A DNA stretch of 64,000 nucleotides from Chlamydiota bacterium (lineage in GTDB: Bacteria > Chlamydiota > Chlamydiia > Chlamydiales > Simkaniaceae), in NCBI GenBank assembly GCA_021772245.1, contig JAJFMH010000002.1, positions 4,690 to 68,689 of the forward strand, given 5' to 3'. How positions within the stretch are numbered: the stretch's first letter is position 1; each line of letters starts with the position of its first letter. The notes below the pieces were generated by a model. That model was not told the DNA's origin. It saw nothing but the letters and a program-made list of their open reading frames with translations, and made no database searches. Positions 1 through 8,319 of this stretch are shown piece by piece. The position numbers were made by a program, and so were the translations under genes.

Positions 1-263
1 TGGACTTTAAATATGGTTCTTTTTTTGGGTTAACGCCTCCTGACGCGTATGAAAGACTAATCTGTGACTGCATCTATGGAGATCGAACTCTATTTGCAAG
101 AGAAGATGAGGTTTTCCATTCCTGGAAACTCTTCACGCCTCTTCTAGAGTACTGGGAAAAGAATCCACCTAAGGAATTTCCCAACTATGCATGTGGCACA
201 TGGGGCCCCAAAGCCTCTGATGAAATGATTGCAAAAGATGGAAGATCTTGGAGATTGATATAG
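1..263 (+). CDS. zwf: Glucose-6-phosphate 1-dehydrogenase, C-terminal fragment (5' end lies outside the window)
   Basis: Frame 3 is open from the window edge to TAG 261-263. The translation DFKYGSFFGLTPPDAYERLICDCIYGDRTLFAREDEVFHSWKLFTPLLEYWEKNPPKEFPNYACGTWGPKASDEMIAKDGRSWRLI matches the conserved G6PD C-terminus. opcA and pgl follow directly. Confidence 0.85.
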   Translation, partial: DFKYGSFFGLTPPDAYERLICDCIYGDRTLFAREDEVFHSWKLFTPLLEYWEKNPPKEFPNYACGTWGPKASDEMIAKDGRSWRLI

Positions 264-267
264 CATT

Positions 268-1362
268 ATGAAACAAGTGATCCCCCCATCTCAAATTGAA
301 TCTGAACTCGTTAAAATTTGGGATTCGCTGCAAACCGCGAATAAAATGAGAGCATGCCTTTTTAATTTGGTGATCTACACTAGAAAAGGCAAGCGATCTG
401 AATATTTAAGTAATGTTGCGAAACAAATCATCAAAAAGTTTCCCTCTCGCATTCTTTTTATTTCAATTGATGACACAAAGCCCAAAGATTATTTAGAAAC
501 TTCCGTATCTGTAATGACAGCGGAAGAAGGCGACTGTGAAATCGTCTGCGATTTCGTGGAAATAGATCTAGGCCTTGATCAGAAGGTGCAAGCGCCCTTT
601 CTTGTATTGCCCCATATTTTACCCGATCTTCCCATTTATATTGTGTGGGCGGATGACCCAACCAAAGAAGATCCTATTTCCTATAAATTGGAAAAGTTTG
701 CAACGAGAGTCATTTACGACTCAGAGGCATCAGATAATCTTGTATCCTTTTCTGAAATTGCGCTCAAACACAAGGAAACTTCTCATACTGATATTGCTGA
801 TTTAAATTGGGCAAGAATTCAAGGGTTTAGAGATCTATTTGCATCCACATTTCATACACCTGATAAATTGAAAACGTTGCAATCGGCAAATGACATTAAA
901 ATTACCTATAACTGCATGGAAACATCCTACCTTTGCCATACCAAAGTACAATCGATCTATCTCCAAGGCTGGCTTGCAACGCGCCTTAGATGGAAATTAA
1001 AAAGTATTTCTACAAAAGATAAAAACCTTATCTTCCAATACGACAATCATGGAAAAGATCTTTCTGTTACATTGATCCCCTCCACATTAGATGGACTATC
1101 TCCTGGCAGAATTATTGGTATAGAGATTACCTCAGAAACCAATGAAAAAATTGAGTTTATTCGAAAAAAAGATCTTCCTCATCACGTGATTATTACCAAA
1201 ACAACAGAAACGACATGTGAACTTCCAGTCCATTTTATTTTTGCTCAAGACGAAACAGGATTATCTCTCGTAAATGAGATTTGTCATAATGGGACAAGTT
1301 CTCATTTTACAGACCTCTTAGATTACCTTTCTAAACTTAACCCGAAAGACATTTGCTCATGA
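268..1362 (+). CDS. opcA: OpcA-like glucose-6-phosphate dehydrogenase assembly protein
   Basis: 364-aa ORF between zwf and pgl. The N-terminus IESELVKIWDSL...MRACLFNLVIYTRKG...FPSRILFISID follows the OpcA pattern seen in actinobacterial and cyanobacterial proteins. Its stop overlaps the pgl start (ATGA). Confidence 0.6.
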   Translation: MKQVIPPSQIESELVKIWDSLQTANKMRACLFNLVIYTRKGKRSEYLSNVAKQIIKKFPSRILFISIDDTKPKDYLETSVSVMTAEEGDCEIVCDFVEIDLGLDQKVQAPFLVLPHILPDLPIYIVWADDPTKEDPISYKLEKFATRVIYDSEASDNLVSFSEIALKHKETSHTDIADLNWARIQGFRDLFASTFHTPDKLKTLQSANDIKITYNCMETSYLCHTKVQSIYLQGWLATRLRWKLKSISTKDKNLIFQYDNHGKDLSVTLIPSTLDGLSPGRIIGIEITSETNEKIEFIRKKDLPHHVIITKTTETTCELPVHFIFAQDETGLSLVNEICHNGTSSHFTDLLDYLSKLNPKDICS

Positions 1363-2093
1363 AACAACAACAGATCGATAACAACATTCTTGTTTTTCCA
1401 GGCAGTAAAGAAGACAGCATTAAGTATGCCGCAAACGACTTTGTCTTAATTGGCAAACAAGCAATTGAGGATCATAATGCTTTCTATGTTGCTTTATCTG
1501 GTGGGTCAACACCAAAAGCTATTTTCGAAGTATTAGGTTCAGACCACAAAGGAAGTTTAGATTGGTCCAAAGTCTATTTTTTTTGGTCAGATGAAAGATC
1601 GGTTCCACCGGATCATGTTGATAGTAATTATAAATCTGCGATTGATTCTGGATTAAACAATCTACCCATTGACCCATCCCGAATTCATAGAATGGTTGCA
1701 GAAAATAATATTGAGACAAACGCGCAGTCCTATGAAGAAAAAATACTTTCTATTGTACCAGAGGCCTCTTTTGATCTAATTATGCTTGGCATGGGTGATG
1801 ATGGACATACAGCGTCTCTTTTTCCAAATACAGAAGGACTTGATGAAAGATCAAAACTTGTAATTGCAAATGAAGTTCCTCAAAAAGATACCACTCGAAT
1901 GACAATGACTTTTAATGCTTTCCATAAAGCTAAAAATATTGCCATCTATGTCATAGGTGATAATAAAGCCTCCATGCTAGAAAAAATATTCATAAAGAAA
2001 CAAACATATCCTATTTGCTCAGTTGCAAATGCATCTAATCATGCCAAATGGATAATAGATAAAGGTGCAGCAGAGTTATTATCCCCAGATTAA
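1359..2093 (+). CDS. pgl: 6-phosphogluconolactonase
   Basis: Motifs SGGSTP, WSDERSVPPDHVDSNY and LGMGDDGHTASLFP are present. The likely ATG at 1359 overlaps the opcA stop; the track's 1353 start is a TTG two codons upstream. Confidence 0.9.
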   Translation: MKQQQIDNNILVFPGSKEDSIKYAANDFVLIGKQAIEDHNAFYVALSGGSTPKAIFEVLGSDHKGSLDWSKVYFFWSDERSVPPDHVDSNYKSAIDSGLNNLPIDPSRIHRMVAENNIETNAQSYEEKILSIVPEASFDLIMLGMGDDGHTASLFPNTEGLDERSKLVIANEVPQKDTTRMTMTFNAFHKAKNIAIYVIGDNKASMLEKIFIKKQTYPICSVANASNHAKWIIDKGAAELLSPD

Positions 2094-2364
2094 TGCGATT
2101 TTTGTTTATTCAGATCTAACAAATCACTGAAGTCAATTATTTTAGCAAAATAATCTTCATCCAAAACACTCTCTTCAATACCATTTACATGAATAAGAAT
2201 TGGCCTGATTGAAAAAAACCGAGGAATTTTCAAACGATGCCTTTTTTCTTCTACTTCCTCTATAACGCTTTTACCAATACGGTTTTTAGAAAACTAATTT
2301 AACAGAAATATATTTTTCCATCCCAAAATCAGTAATTTCTCGATTTCGGGATGGAAAATATCTT

Positions 2365-2814
2365 TTATTCACTCGGAAGTCTTTCTTTGAGGTCTGTCCC
2401 AAAATAAATAAAGCTATCAGCAGCATTATCATCTGATCCAATCCCCACCTGCAAAGATCCTGTAAAAAGCTCCAAAAATGTTTTCCAATGAATCGTATCC
2501 AAAGAGAATAGAATCCCATTTTCACCATCACCTTTTACATAAAGATCTCTTTCAAATTCAATCTGATAAAAAAGGTCTTGAGCACTGGCTAAGATAAAAA
2601 ATTCACTATCGCATTTGATTGATATTGGAAAAGTTTCCCCTTTTGATAATCTCAAAACATAGGGGGAATTTTTCATAGTAAACAAATCTACCAGTTCTTC
2701 CTGGCTAAAATCCTTTGCATTTCTAATATCAGCATCAAATTCATTTGCCGAGATATTACCTATGCATCGAAAAAGAATCATTGTTGCGATCAATTTTATT
2801 CTATTTTTTTTCAT
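2365..2814 (-). CDS. Hypothetical secreted/periplasmic protein, candidate target of the BlaI-like repressor
   Basis: The ORF has the signal-peptide-like N-terminus MKKNRIKLIATMILFRCIGNISA. A GGAGA Shine-Dalgarno sits 5 nt before the ATG at 2814; the track start at 2826 is 4 codons upstream and abuts the operator. No family was recognised. Confidence 0.55.
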   Translation of the reverse strand: MKKNRIKLIATMILFRCIGNISANEFDADIRNAKDFSQEELVDLFTMKNSPYVLRLSKGETFPISIKCDSEFFILASAQDLFYQIEFERDLYVKGDGENGILFSLDTIHWKTFLELFTGSLQVGIGSDDNAADSFIYFGTDLKERLPSE

Positions 2815-2826
2815 GTCATTCTCCAT

Positions 2827-2842
2827 TACTACACTTGTAGTA
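2827..2842 (-). promoter_or_regulatory. BlaI/MecI/CopY-type operator dyad TACTACACTTGTAGTA (contains TACA-NN-TGTA)
   Basis: Perfect 7-2-7 inverted repeat in the 47-nt gap between the blaR-like stop (2862) and the next gene's RBS and start. It has the same TACTAC-N4-GTAGTA architecture as the site at 4317-4332. Confidence 0.6.
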
Positions 2843-2861
2843 TTTTAGGTTAAAAAAAAGG

Positions 2862-3923
2862 TTAAATTAGCCAAAACTTTCCGAGGAAAATTCCAACTAG
2901 AAAATAAGCTGCCATAACTAAAATGGCATAATGAAACACATTCCAATTTTTTTTAGTGTCTGAGCGCAGAGCTTTTATTCGTGATAGTACATTCATGGAG
3001 TCGAGTAGGTAAACTCTACTTGCATTAATTTCTTTTTGAAATTGCAGGTTTGCGAGTTTTCCTAAAGCAGTCGCTAAATGAATTTTTTCAATATCAAAAT
3101 CTTGCAATTTAGAATCTGCATCAAGCTCGAATTGGAAATATATCATTTTCCGCAATCTTCTTGTTGGAATCCAAGGAAAAAGAATTGAGATGATCGTTAA
3201 GCAAAGTCTAAAAAACGGGTCTTTCTTTTTGCAATGGCAAATCTCATGTGCTATGACTGCTTCTAACTCATCTGAGGAAACGCTTTGTATCCATTGTGCT
3301 GATAGCACAATTTTAGTGCGAAATAAGCCTGCTGTGAATGGAGATCCTTTATAAGCATTACTTGTAAGTATTGTAATATTGCACTTCTTCAAAGCCAATA
3401 AAATTTTTTTATTCTTAATTTTTTGGGTACAAGATCTGGCATCTTTCAAAATTGTTTGAAGGGAAGAAAAATCAAGCCATATTTTCCATAATCGAATGAT
3501 GGATAAAAGGGCGAAAATACAGATTGAAGCTATGATAAAAGTATGCAGCTGAAAAGAGTCTAAAATCTCTGCTAATATATCTACGAGAGAAAAGGAAAAT
3601 TGATCCTTGGTATACAATGTAATACCCATTTTAGGAACAAAAAAACTAAACATATCATGGGGCAGTTGACAAATGGCCACAAGTTTTCTTGAATCAATTT
3701 CACAATGGGCTGGAAAAACCCCTTTTGAAATTGCCCAATTGCTCCAGTTCATCAGACAAATATCTAAAGGAAGTTTGAATAGAAGAAGCATTCTTGCAAA
3801 GGCTTTAAATCTATAAGACCTAACTCGAAAAATAGCCAGAATAAACTCCACCAAGATCCATGAAGTTAGAAATGATAAAAAAATTGCTGAAATTATATTA
3901 AAAACCGTAAGGGAAAAAATCAT
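2862..3923 (-). CDS. BlaR1/MecR1-family M56 membrane zinc-metalloprotease-like signal transducer, without a penicillin-binding sensor domain
   Basis: 353 aa with multiple N-terminal TM segments, the HExxH motif (AHEICH) and a C-terminal TM. The start overlaps the blaI-like stop (ATGA). The protein is too short to include an extracellular PBP/beta-lactam sensor domain. Confidence 0.7.
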   Translation of the reverse strand: MIFSLTVFNIISAIFLSFLTSWILVEFILAIFRVRSYRFKAFARMLLLFKLPLDICLMNWSNWAISKGVFPAHCEIDSRKLVAICQLPHDMFSFFVPKMGITLYTKDQFSFSLVDILAEILDSFQLHTFIIASICIFALLSIIRLWKIWLDFSSLQTILKDARSCTQKIKNKKILLALKKCNITILTSNAYKGSPFTAGLFRTKIVLSAQWIQSVSSDELEAVIAHEICHCKKKDPFFRLCLTIISILFPWIPTRRLRKMIYFQFELDADSKLQDFDIEKIHLATALGKLANLQFQKEINASRVYLLDSMNVLSRIKALRSDTKKNWNVFHYAILVMAAYFLVGIFLGKFWLI

Positions 3924-4303
3924 TTACTTTTCATTTCCTTGATGAGTTTCTCGATTTCAGAAAGCTCATCCTCAGTAATGTTAGTATCTTCTTCTAGCAA
4001 ATATGAAACCATTTCAGAGGTATTTCCTTTAAATAGCTTTTCTTTAAGTTGAGCAAGAATTGGAGCTAACTTTTTTGATTGCTTCTTGTTTATCCAATAA
4101 AGATAGCAGGCCCCACTTTTTTCTCTAAAGAGATCTCCCTTTATTACCATACGATTCATTACAGTCATGATTGTAGTATATTTACGACTGTTTTGTAGTT
4201 CGTCACAAATATCTCTAACAGATGCTTTTTCTTTTTTTCTCAGAAGAGAATAGACTTCATTTTCTAACTCTCCAAGTGGTGCTCTTTTCATATTATCCCC
4301 CAT
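3920..4303 (-). CDS. BlaI/MecI/CopY-family winged-helix transcriptional repressor
   Basis: 127 aa. LGELENEVYSLL...ASVRDICDEL...YTTIMTVMNRMVIKGDLFREKSG.CYLY is typical of the penicillinase-repressor family. An alternative start is M5 at 4291. Confidence 0.75.
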   Translation of the reverse strand: MGDNMKRAPLGELENEVYSLLRKKEKASVRDICDELQNSRKYTTIMTVMNRMVIKGDLFREKSGACYLYWINKKQSKKLAPILAQLKEKLFKGNTSEMVSYLLEEDTNITEDELSEIEKLIKEMKSK

Positions 4304-4316
4304 TACCCGAAAACAC

Positions 4317-4332
4317 TACTACTATTGTAGTA
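4317..4332 (-). promoter_or_regulatory. BlaI/CopY-type operator dyad TACTACTATTGTAGTA upstream of the blaI-blaR-like operon
   Basis: 6-4-6 inverted repeat 14 nt upstream of the blaI-like ORF start. It differs by one base from TACA-NN-TGTA and shares the outer TACTAC/GTAGTA arms with the 2827-2842 site. Confidence 0.55.
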
Positions 4333-4421
4333 TTTCGTCAACCCATCCTATATTATCAGCTTCGAAAGAATCTTGTGATAAGGCATAATACTGATCTAAT
4401 TTCAAATAAACAGTTTCAGCT

Positions 4422-5438
4422 ATGATTGTACTTGGCATTGAATCTTCTTGTGATGAAACTTCTATCTCTATCGTTGAAGATGGATGTAATATCCTGTCTT
4501 TAATTACAGCTTCACAAATCGATACTCATCAAGAGTTTGGAGGAGTATTTCCAGAAATTGCTTCTCGAAAACATCTAGATATTATTTTTCCACTTATTGA
4601 AAAGGCATTAAGCGTAGCAAAAAAAAGTTTAACAGATATTGATCTGATTGCCGCAACGCAAGGTCCAGGTCTTGTTGGATCACTCCTTGTTGGTTTGCAT
4701 GCTGCAAAAAGTCTTTCATACGCACTTGACATTCCATTTGTTGGAGTAAATCACTTAGAGGCTCATTTATATGCCTCTATGATGGAAGAGCAAACACAGA
4801 TTTTTCCAGCGATTGGTGTTGTAATCTCTGGCGGCCATACATTTTTGGTCCATATTAAACACCTTCGAGATTATGAGCTTATCAGCACCACGGTTGATGA
4901 TGCCATTGGAGAGGCGTTTGATAAGGTGGCAAGAATGCTCGATCTCCCCTATCCTGGCGGCCCTGAAATTGAAAAAATGGCGCAAGGTGGCGATCCAAGT
5001 AGGTATCCTTTTAAAGGTGGTTTTGTAAAAGGCAAGCCATTGCATTTTTCTTTCAGTGGACTAAAAACAAGTGTTCTCTATGCATGTGAAAAAGAAAAAC
5101 CTCTTTCATTGGATGTCAAAAAAAATATTGCAGCAAGTTTTCAACGAGCTGCTATTTCCGATATTGTTGAAAAAACAAAAAAAGCACTTATGCTAATAGA
5201 TGGCAAAGCTATCTATTTAGGTGGAGGCGTTTGTAAAAACAAATTTTTACAAACGGAGCTAAGAAAGAATATCGAAAGTGATATTCCCCTGTTTTTCCCC
5301 AAAGGTGAACTTTGTTTAGATAATGGGGCCATGATTGCAGGGCTTGGATACCATATCTTTTTAGAAAAAAGTAAGGGTGATTCCTTAGAAATGCAGCCTT
5401 TTCCTAGAAAACCTCTTTCAAAAGACTTGTTTTTATAA
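4422..5438 (+). CDS. tsaD: tRNA N6-adenosine threonylcarbamoyltransferase (Kae1/Gcp family)
   Basis: The N-terminus ILGIESSCDETS, then GVNHLEAH and the GGGV.KN region, are typical TsaD signatures. Confidence 0.9.
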   Translation: MIVLGIESSCDETSISIVEDGCNILSLITASQIDTHQEFGGVFPEIASRKHLDIIFPLIEKALSVAKKSLTDIDLIAATQGPGLVGSLLVGLHAAKSLSYALDIPFVGVNHLEAHLYASMMEEQTQIFPAIGVVISGGHTFLVHIKHLRDYELISTTVDDAIGEAFDKVARMLDLPYPGGPEIEKMAQGGDPSRYPFKGGFVKGKPLHFSFSGLKTSVLYACEKEKPLSLDVKKNIAASFQRAAISDIVEKTKKALMLIDGKAIYLGGGVCKNKFLQTELRKNIESDIPLFFPKGELCLDNGAMIAGLGYHIFLEKSKGDSLEMQPFPRKPLSKDLFL

Positions 5439-5497
5439 GAGCCTTTTCTTTAAAATACCCGCAGTAATATACACAAATTTTCAAAGGATTCTTTGCT

Positions 5498-5659
5498 ATG
5501 GCAAAAAAGGGCGCAAGAGAAATTATCAAACTGAAAAGTACTGAAAGCTCAGAGACTTACTGGACAAAAAAAAACAAGCGAAATACTCCTGATCGTATTG
5601 AGCTAAAAAAGTATGACAAAAAACTAAGAAAGCACGTTGTTTTTAAAGAAGCTAAGTAA
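5498..5659 (+). CDS. rpmG: 50S ribosomal protein L33
   Basis: 53-aa ORF not in the track (below 60 aa): [53 protein letters not shown]. It shows the characteristic L33 pattern (I.L.S..s...Y.T.KNkrn.p.rlelkKYd..lrkH..fkE.K). Confidence 0.85.
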   Translation: MAKKGAREIIKLKSTESSETYWTKKNKRNTPDRIELKKYDKKLRKHVVFKEAK

Positions 5660-5676
5660 CATGGATAGTTTTATCC

Positions 5677-7644
5677 ATGGCCTTCTTTGAGCTACTGATA
5701 GCAAAAAAATACTTAATTCCCCGAAAAAAGCAGCTCTCGATGTCACTTATCGCCATCATGTCGGTATTTGTCATATCTCTTGTGGTTTGGCTGCTTTTAC
5801 TTTTTTTATCAGTAACAGATGGCATTGAAAAAAATTGGCTTGGAAAACTCACTTCCTTAAACGCTCCCGTTAAAGTTGTTCCAACAAATAAATACTACTC
5901 TTCCTATTATTACCAAATAGACTCTGTTTCAGAAAAATCAAATTACACCCATAAAACGATCTCAGAAAAATTAATCTCTGATACTTTTGATCCGTATGAC
6001 CCTGAAATAGATATGGAACTTCCCTCCCACTTCCCTTCAAAAGCGATCGAGAAAGATCTTGTCAAAGCAGCATTTGAAAGCGTGAATTCATTAAAGAAAA
6101 ACTACCCTGAGATATTAGCCTCCGATTATGAGTTATCAGGAGCATTAATGAAATTGCAAGCAAATCCAAAATTTGGGAATCCCTATTATGTGACTCAAGT
6201 CACATATGTAAATTCATTATCAGAAAATTCTTCTTATTTATTTGATTTAGTGGAAAAGCCCACTATTGAAGATTTGAATCAAATTCTCTATTTAGCAACC
6301 CTACATACCTATGACGAAAAGACGTTAACTTCTCTATTTGCACATCTAGATCTCAAGCAAGTATCGATTAATAGACCAAACTTTAACAAATTATTGCAGC
6401 AGCTTCCAAACGGAACAAAACTTGCAGTTACGCCAAACTATGTCGATGGAAACATCACGTATTTCACCCTAAAAGACAATCGTGATGAAGGTAAAAGGTC
6501 TATTACTACATTTAATAACGGGTTCTACTTCGAAGAGAAAACCTATACCCACACCCCTATTTTTTTAGATGAGTCTATGGTCATTGAAAAAATGGGAAAA
6601 GTAGACGTAGACCAAGGGCTATTATTAGACGCTGAGATACGAATCCAAGGGCAAACTCTTACGGTGAATTTACCGCTGCAAGACATTGAAATTACATCTG
6701 CTGAAATCATAACATCCTTTGCAAAAGATCCCGATATTTTGCCACTATGGGCATACGAAGTTAAGGATACAAGTTACCAGATCCCCAGCAAAAATGGACT
6801 TCCGGGGATAATTCTACCCAAAAACTATATCAAAAGTGGAATGAGAATCGGTGATGTTGGGCATTTTTCCTATGGGTCTGCAAATGTATCTTCGTATCAG
6901 GAACAAAAACTTAATTTCTATGTTGCAGGTTTTTATGATCCAGGAGTAATGGCAATTGGATCAAAATGTGTACTTGCATCCAAAGAGTTAACGCATCACT
7001 TAAATACAGCGTCATCTTCCCCCATGCTCGACTCTACCCTTACAAGTGGCATACATGTTTGGTTTCCAACTATAAAAGATGCTAAAGATGTAAAACAAAA
7101 ACTCCAGACTCTTTTTGAAGAGCAGGGCATCAGTGAATACTTTACAGTGAGCTCTTTCTATGAATATGACTTTGCCAAAGATCTTATCCAGCAGTTTCAA
7201 AGTGACAAGTACCTTTTCACATTGATCGGAGCTATTATCTTACTCGTTGCATGCTCTAATATTATTTCACTACTGGTTTTGCTTGTCACAAATAAGAAAA
7301 GAGAGATTGGAGTCCTTAGATCTATGGGGGCATCCACAAAAAGTATTGCTATCATCTTTGCTCTTTGTGGAATTATTATGGGAGTACTTAGCACAGCAAT
7401 TGGTACAACATGCGCATATCTTACACTTAAAAACATAGACTCTATTGCGCAGTTTTTAAGCTATTTGCAAGGCCATAGCGCTTTTAATGAGGCGTTTTAC
7501 GGGAAACAACTACCAAATGAATTATCGAAAAGCGCTCTTATTTTTATTGTAAGCGCAACGCCGGTTTTGTCACTACTTGCCGGGCTTATTCCAGCAATTA
7601 AAGCTGCCAAAATCAAACCTTCAATTACTCTGAAGGGAGGGTAA
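5677..7644 (+). CDS. ABC transporter permease, FtsX/MacB/LolCE type, with a very large periplasmic domain
   Basis: 655 aa. One N-terminal TM, a hydrophilic domain of about 450 aa, then a C-terminal three-TM FtsX-like domain (LVTNKKREIGVLRSMGAS...). A LolD-like ATPase follows immediately. Confidence 0.7.
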   Translation: MAFFELLIAKKYLIPRKKQLSMSLIAIMSVFVISLVVWLLLLFLSVTDGIEKNWLGKLTSLNAPVKVVPTNKYYSSYYYQIDSVSEKSNYTHKTISEKLISDTFDPYDPEIDMELPSHFPSKAIEKDLVKAAFESVNSLKKNYPEILASDYELSGALMKLQANPKFGNPYYVTQVTYVNSLSENSSYLFDLVEKPTIEDLNQILYLATLHTYDEKTLTSLFAHLDLKQVSINRPNFNKLLQQLPNGTKLAVTPNYVDGNITYFTLKDNRDEGKRSITTFNNGFYFEEKTYTHTPIFLDESMVIEKMGKVDVDQGLLLDAEIRIQGQTLTVNLPLQDIEITSAEIITSFAKDPDILPLWAYEVKDTSYQIPSKNGLPGIILPKNYIKSGMRIGDVGHFSYGSANVSSYQEQKLNFYVAGFYDPGVMAIGSKCVLASKELTHHLNTASSSPMLDSTLTSGIHVWFPTIKDAKDVKQKLQTLFEEQGISEYFTVSSFYEYDFAKDLIQQFQSDKYLFTLIGAIILLVACSNIISLLVLLVTNKKREIGVLRSMGASTKSIAIIFALCGIIMGVLSTAIGTTCAYLTLKNIDSIAQFLSYLQGHSAFNEAFYGKQLPNELSKSALIFIVSATPVLSLLAGLIPAIKAAKIKPSITLKGG

Positions 7645-8319
7645 GTGGAAAAAGCAATTTTAGAGGTAAAGTCTCTTGCGAAATCTTTCGAAAAGCCCCT
7701 TTTTGAAAACCTTTCCTTTTCGGTAAATCCCGGCGAATCTGTTGCCATTACTGGCCCATCAGGTGTAGGTAAAAGTACACTTCTACACATTCTTGCGGGG
7801 TTAGAGTCTCCAGATGCTGGCAGTGTATTTATCCTTGATAAAAACATTCATGAAACATGCCAAGATCTTATTAGAAATAATCATATCGGTTTTGTGTTTC
7901 AGGGATTCCATCTTTTAGAAGATTACAATGTTCTTGAAAATGTGCTCATGCCAGCAATTATTAAAAGAGAAAAAGTCTCGCTTGGTTCAAAAGCATACCA
8001 AAGAGCTATCAAGCTTCTGACTCATGTTAATATGAACGACAAACAAAAAGCTTCTATCAAACATTTATCAGGCGGCGAAAAACAACGAATCGCTATCGCC
8101 AGAGCCCTTTGCAATGGTCCAGATCTACTTCTTGCCGATGAGCCAACAGGGAATTTAGATGAAGATAATTCAGGTATCATTTCTTCCTTGCTTCTTGATG
8201 CCTGCAAAGAGTTTAATAAAGCGCTTGTTATTGTAACGCATGATACTTACTTAGCAAAGCAATGCGACAGACACTTAGTACTAAAAAATAAAGCCCTTGA
8301 AACAGCAGTAAAAATATGA
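7645..8319 (+). CDS. ABC transporter ATP-binding protein (LolD/MacB-like)
   Basis: GTG start directly after the permease stop. Walker A GPSGVGKST, ABC signature LSGGEKQR and Walker B LLLADEPT are present. Confidence 0.85.
   Translation: MEKAILEVKSLAKSFEKPLFENLSFSVNPGESVAITGPSGVGKSTLLHILAGLESPDAGSVFILDKNIHETCQDLIRNNHIGFVFQGFHLLEDYNVLENVLMPAIIKREKVSLGSKAYQRAIKLLTHVNMNDKQKASIKHLSGGEKQRIAIARALCNGPDLLLADEPTGNLDEDNSGIISSLLLDACKEFNKALVIVTHDTYLAKQCDRHLVLKNKALETAVKI

Noticed and set aside
2090-2287. 66-codon open minus-strand frame (…RIGKSVIEEVEEKRHRLKIPRFFSIRPILIHVNGIEESVLDEDYFAKIIDFSDLLDLNKQKSH*) downstream of the 2365-2814 gene
   Set aside because: It contains no ATG or GTG, only an internal TTG with a poor RBS. 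No family was recognised. It could be the decayed 3' part of a formerly longer gene, since three frames are open in succession (2090-2287, 2286-2531, 2365-2826). I cannot support a call from the sequence alone.
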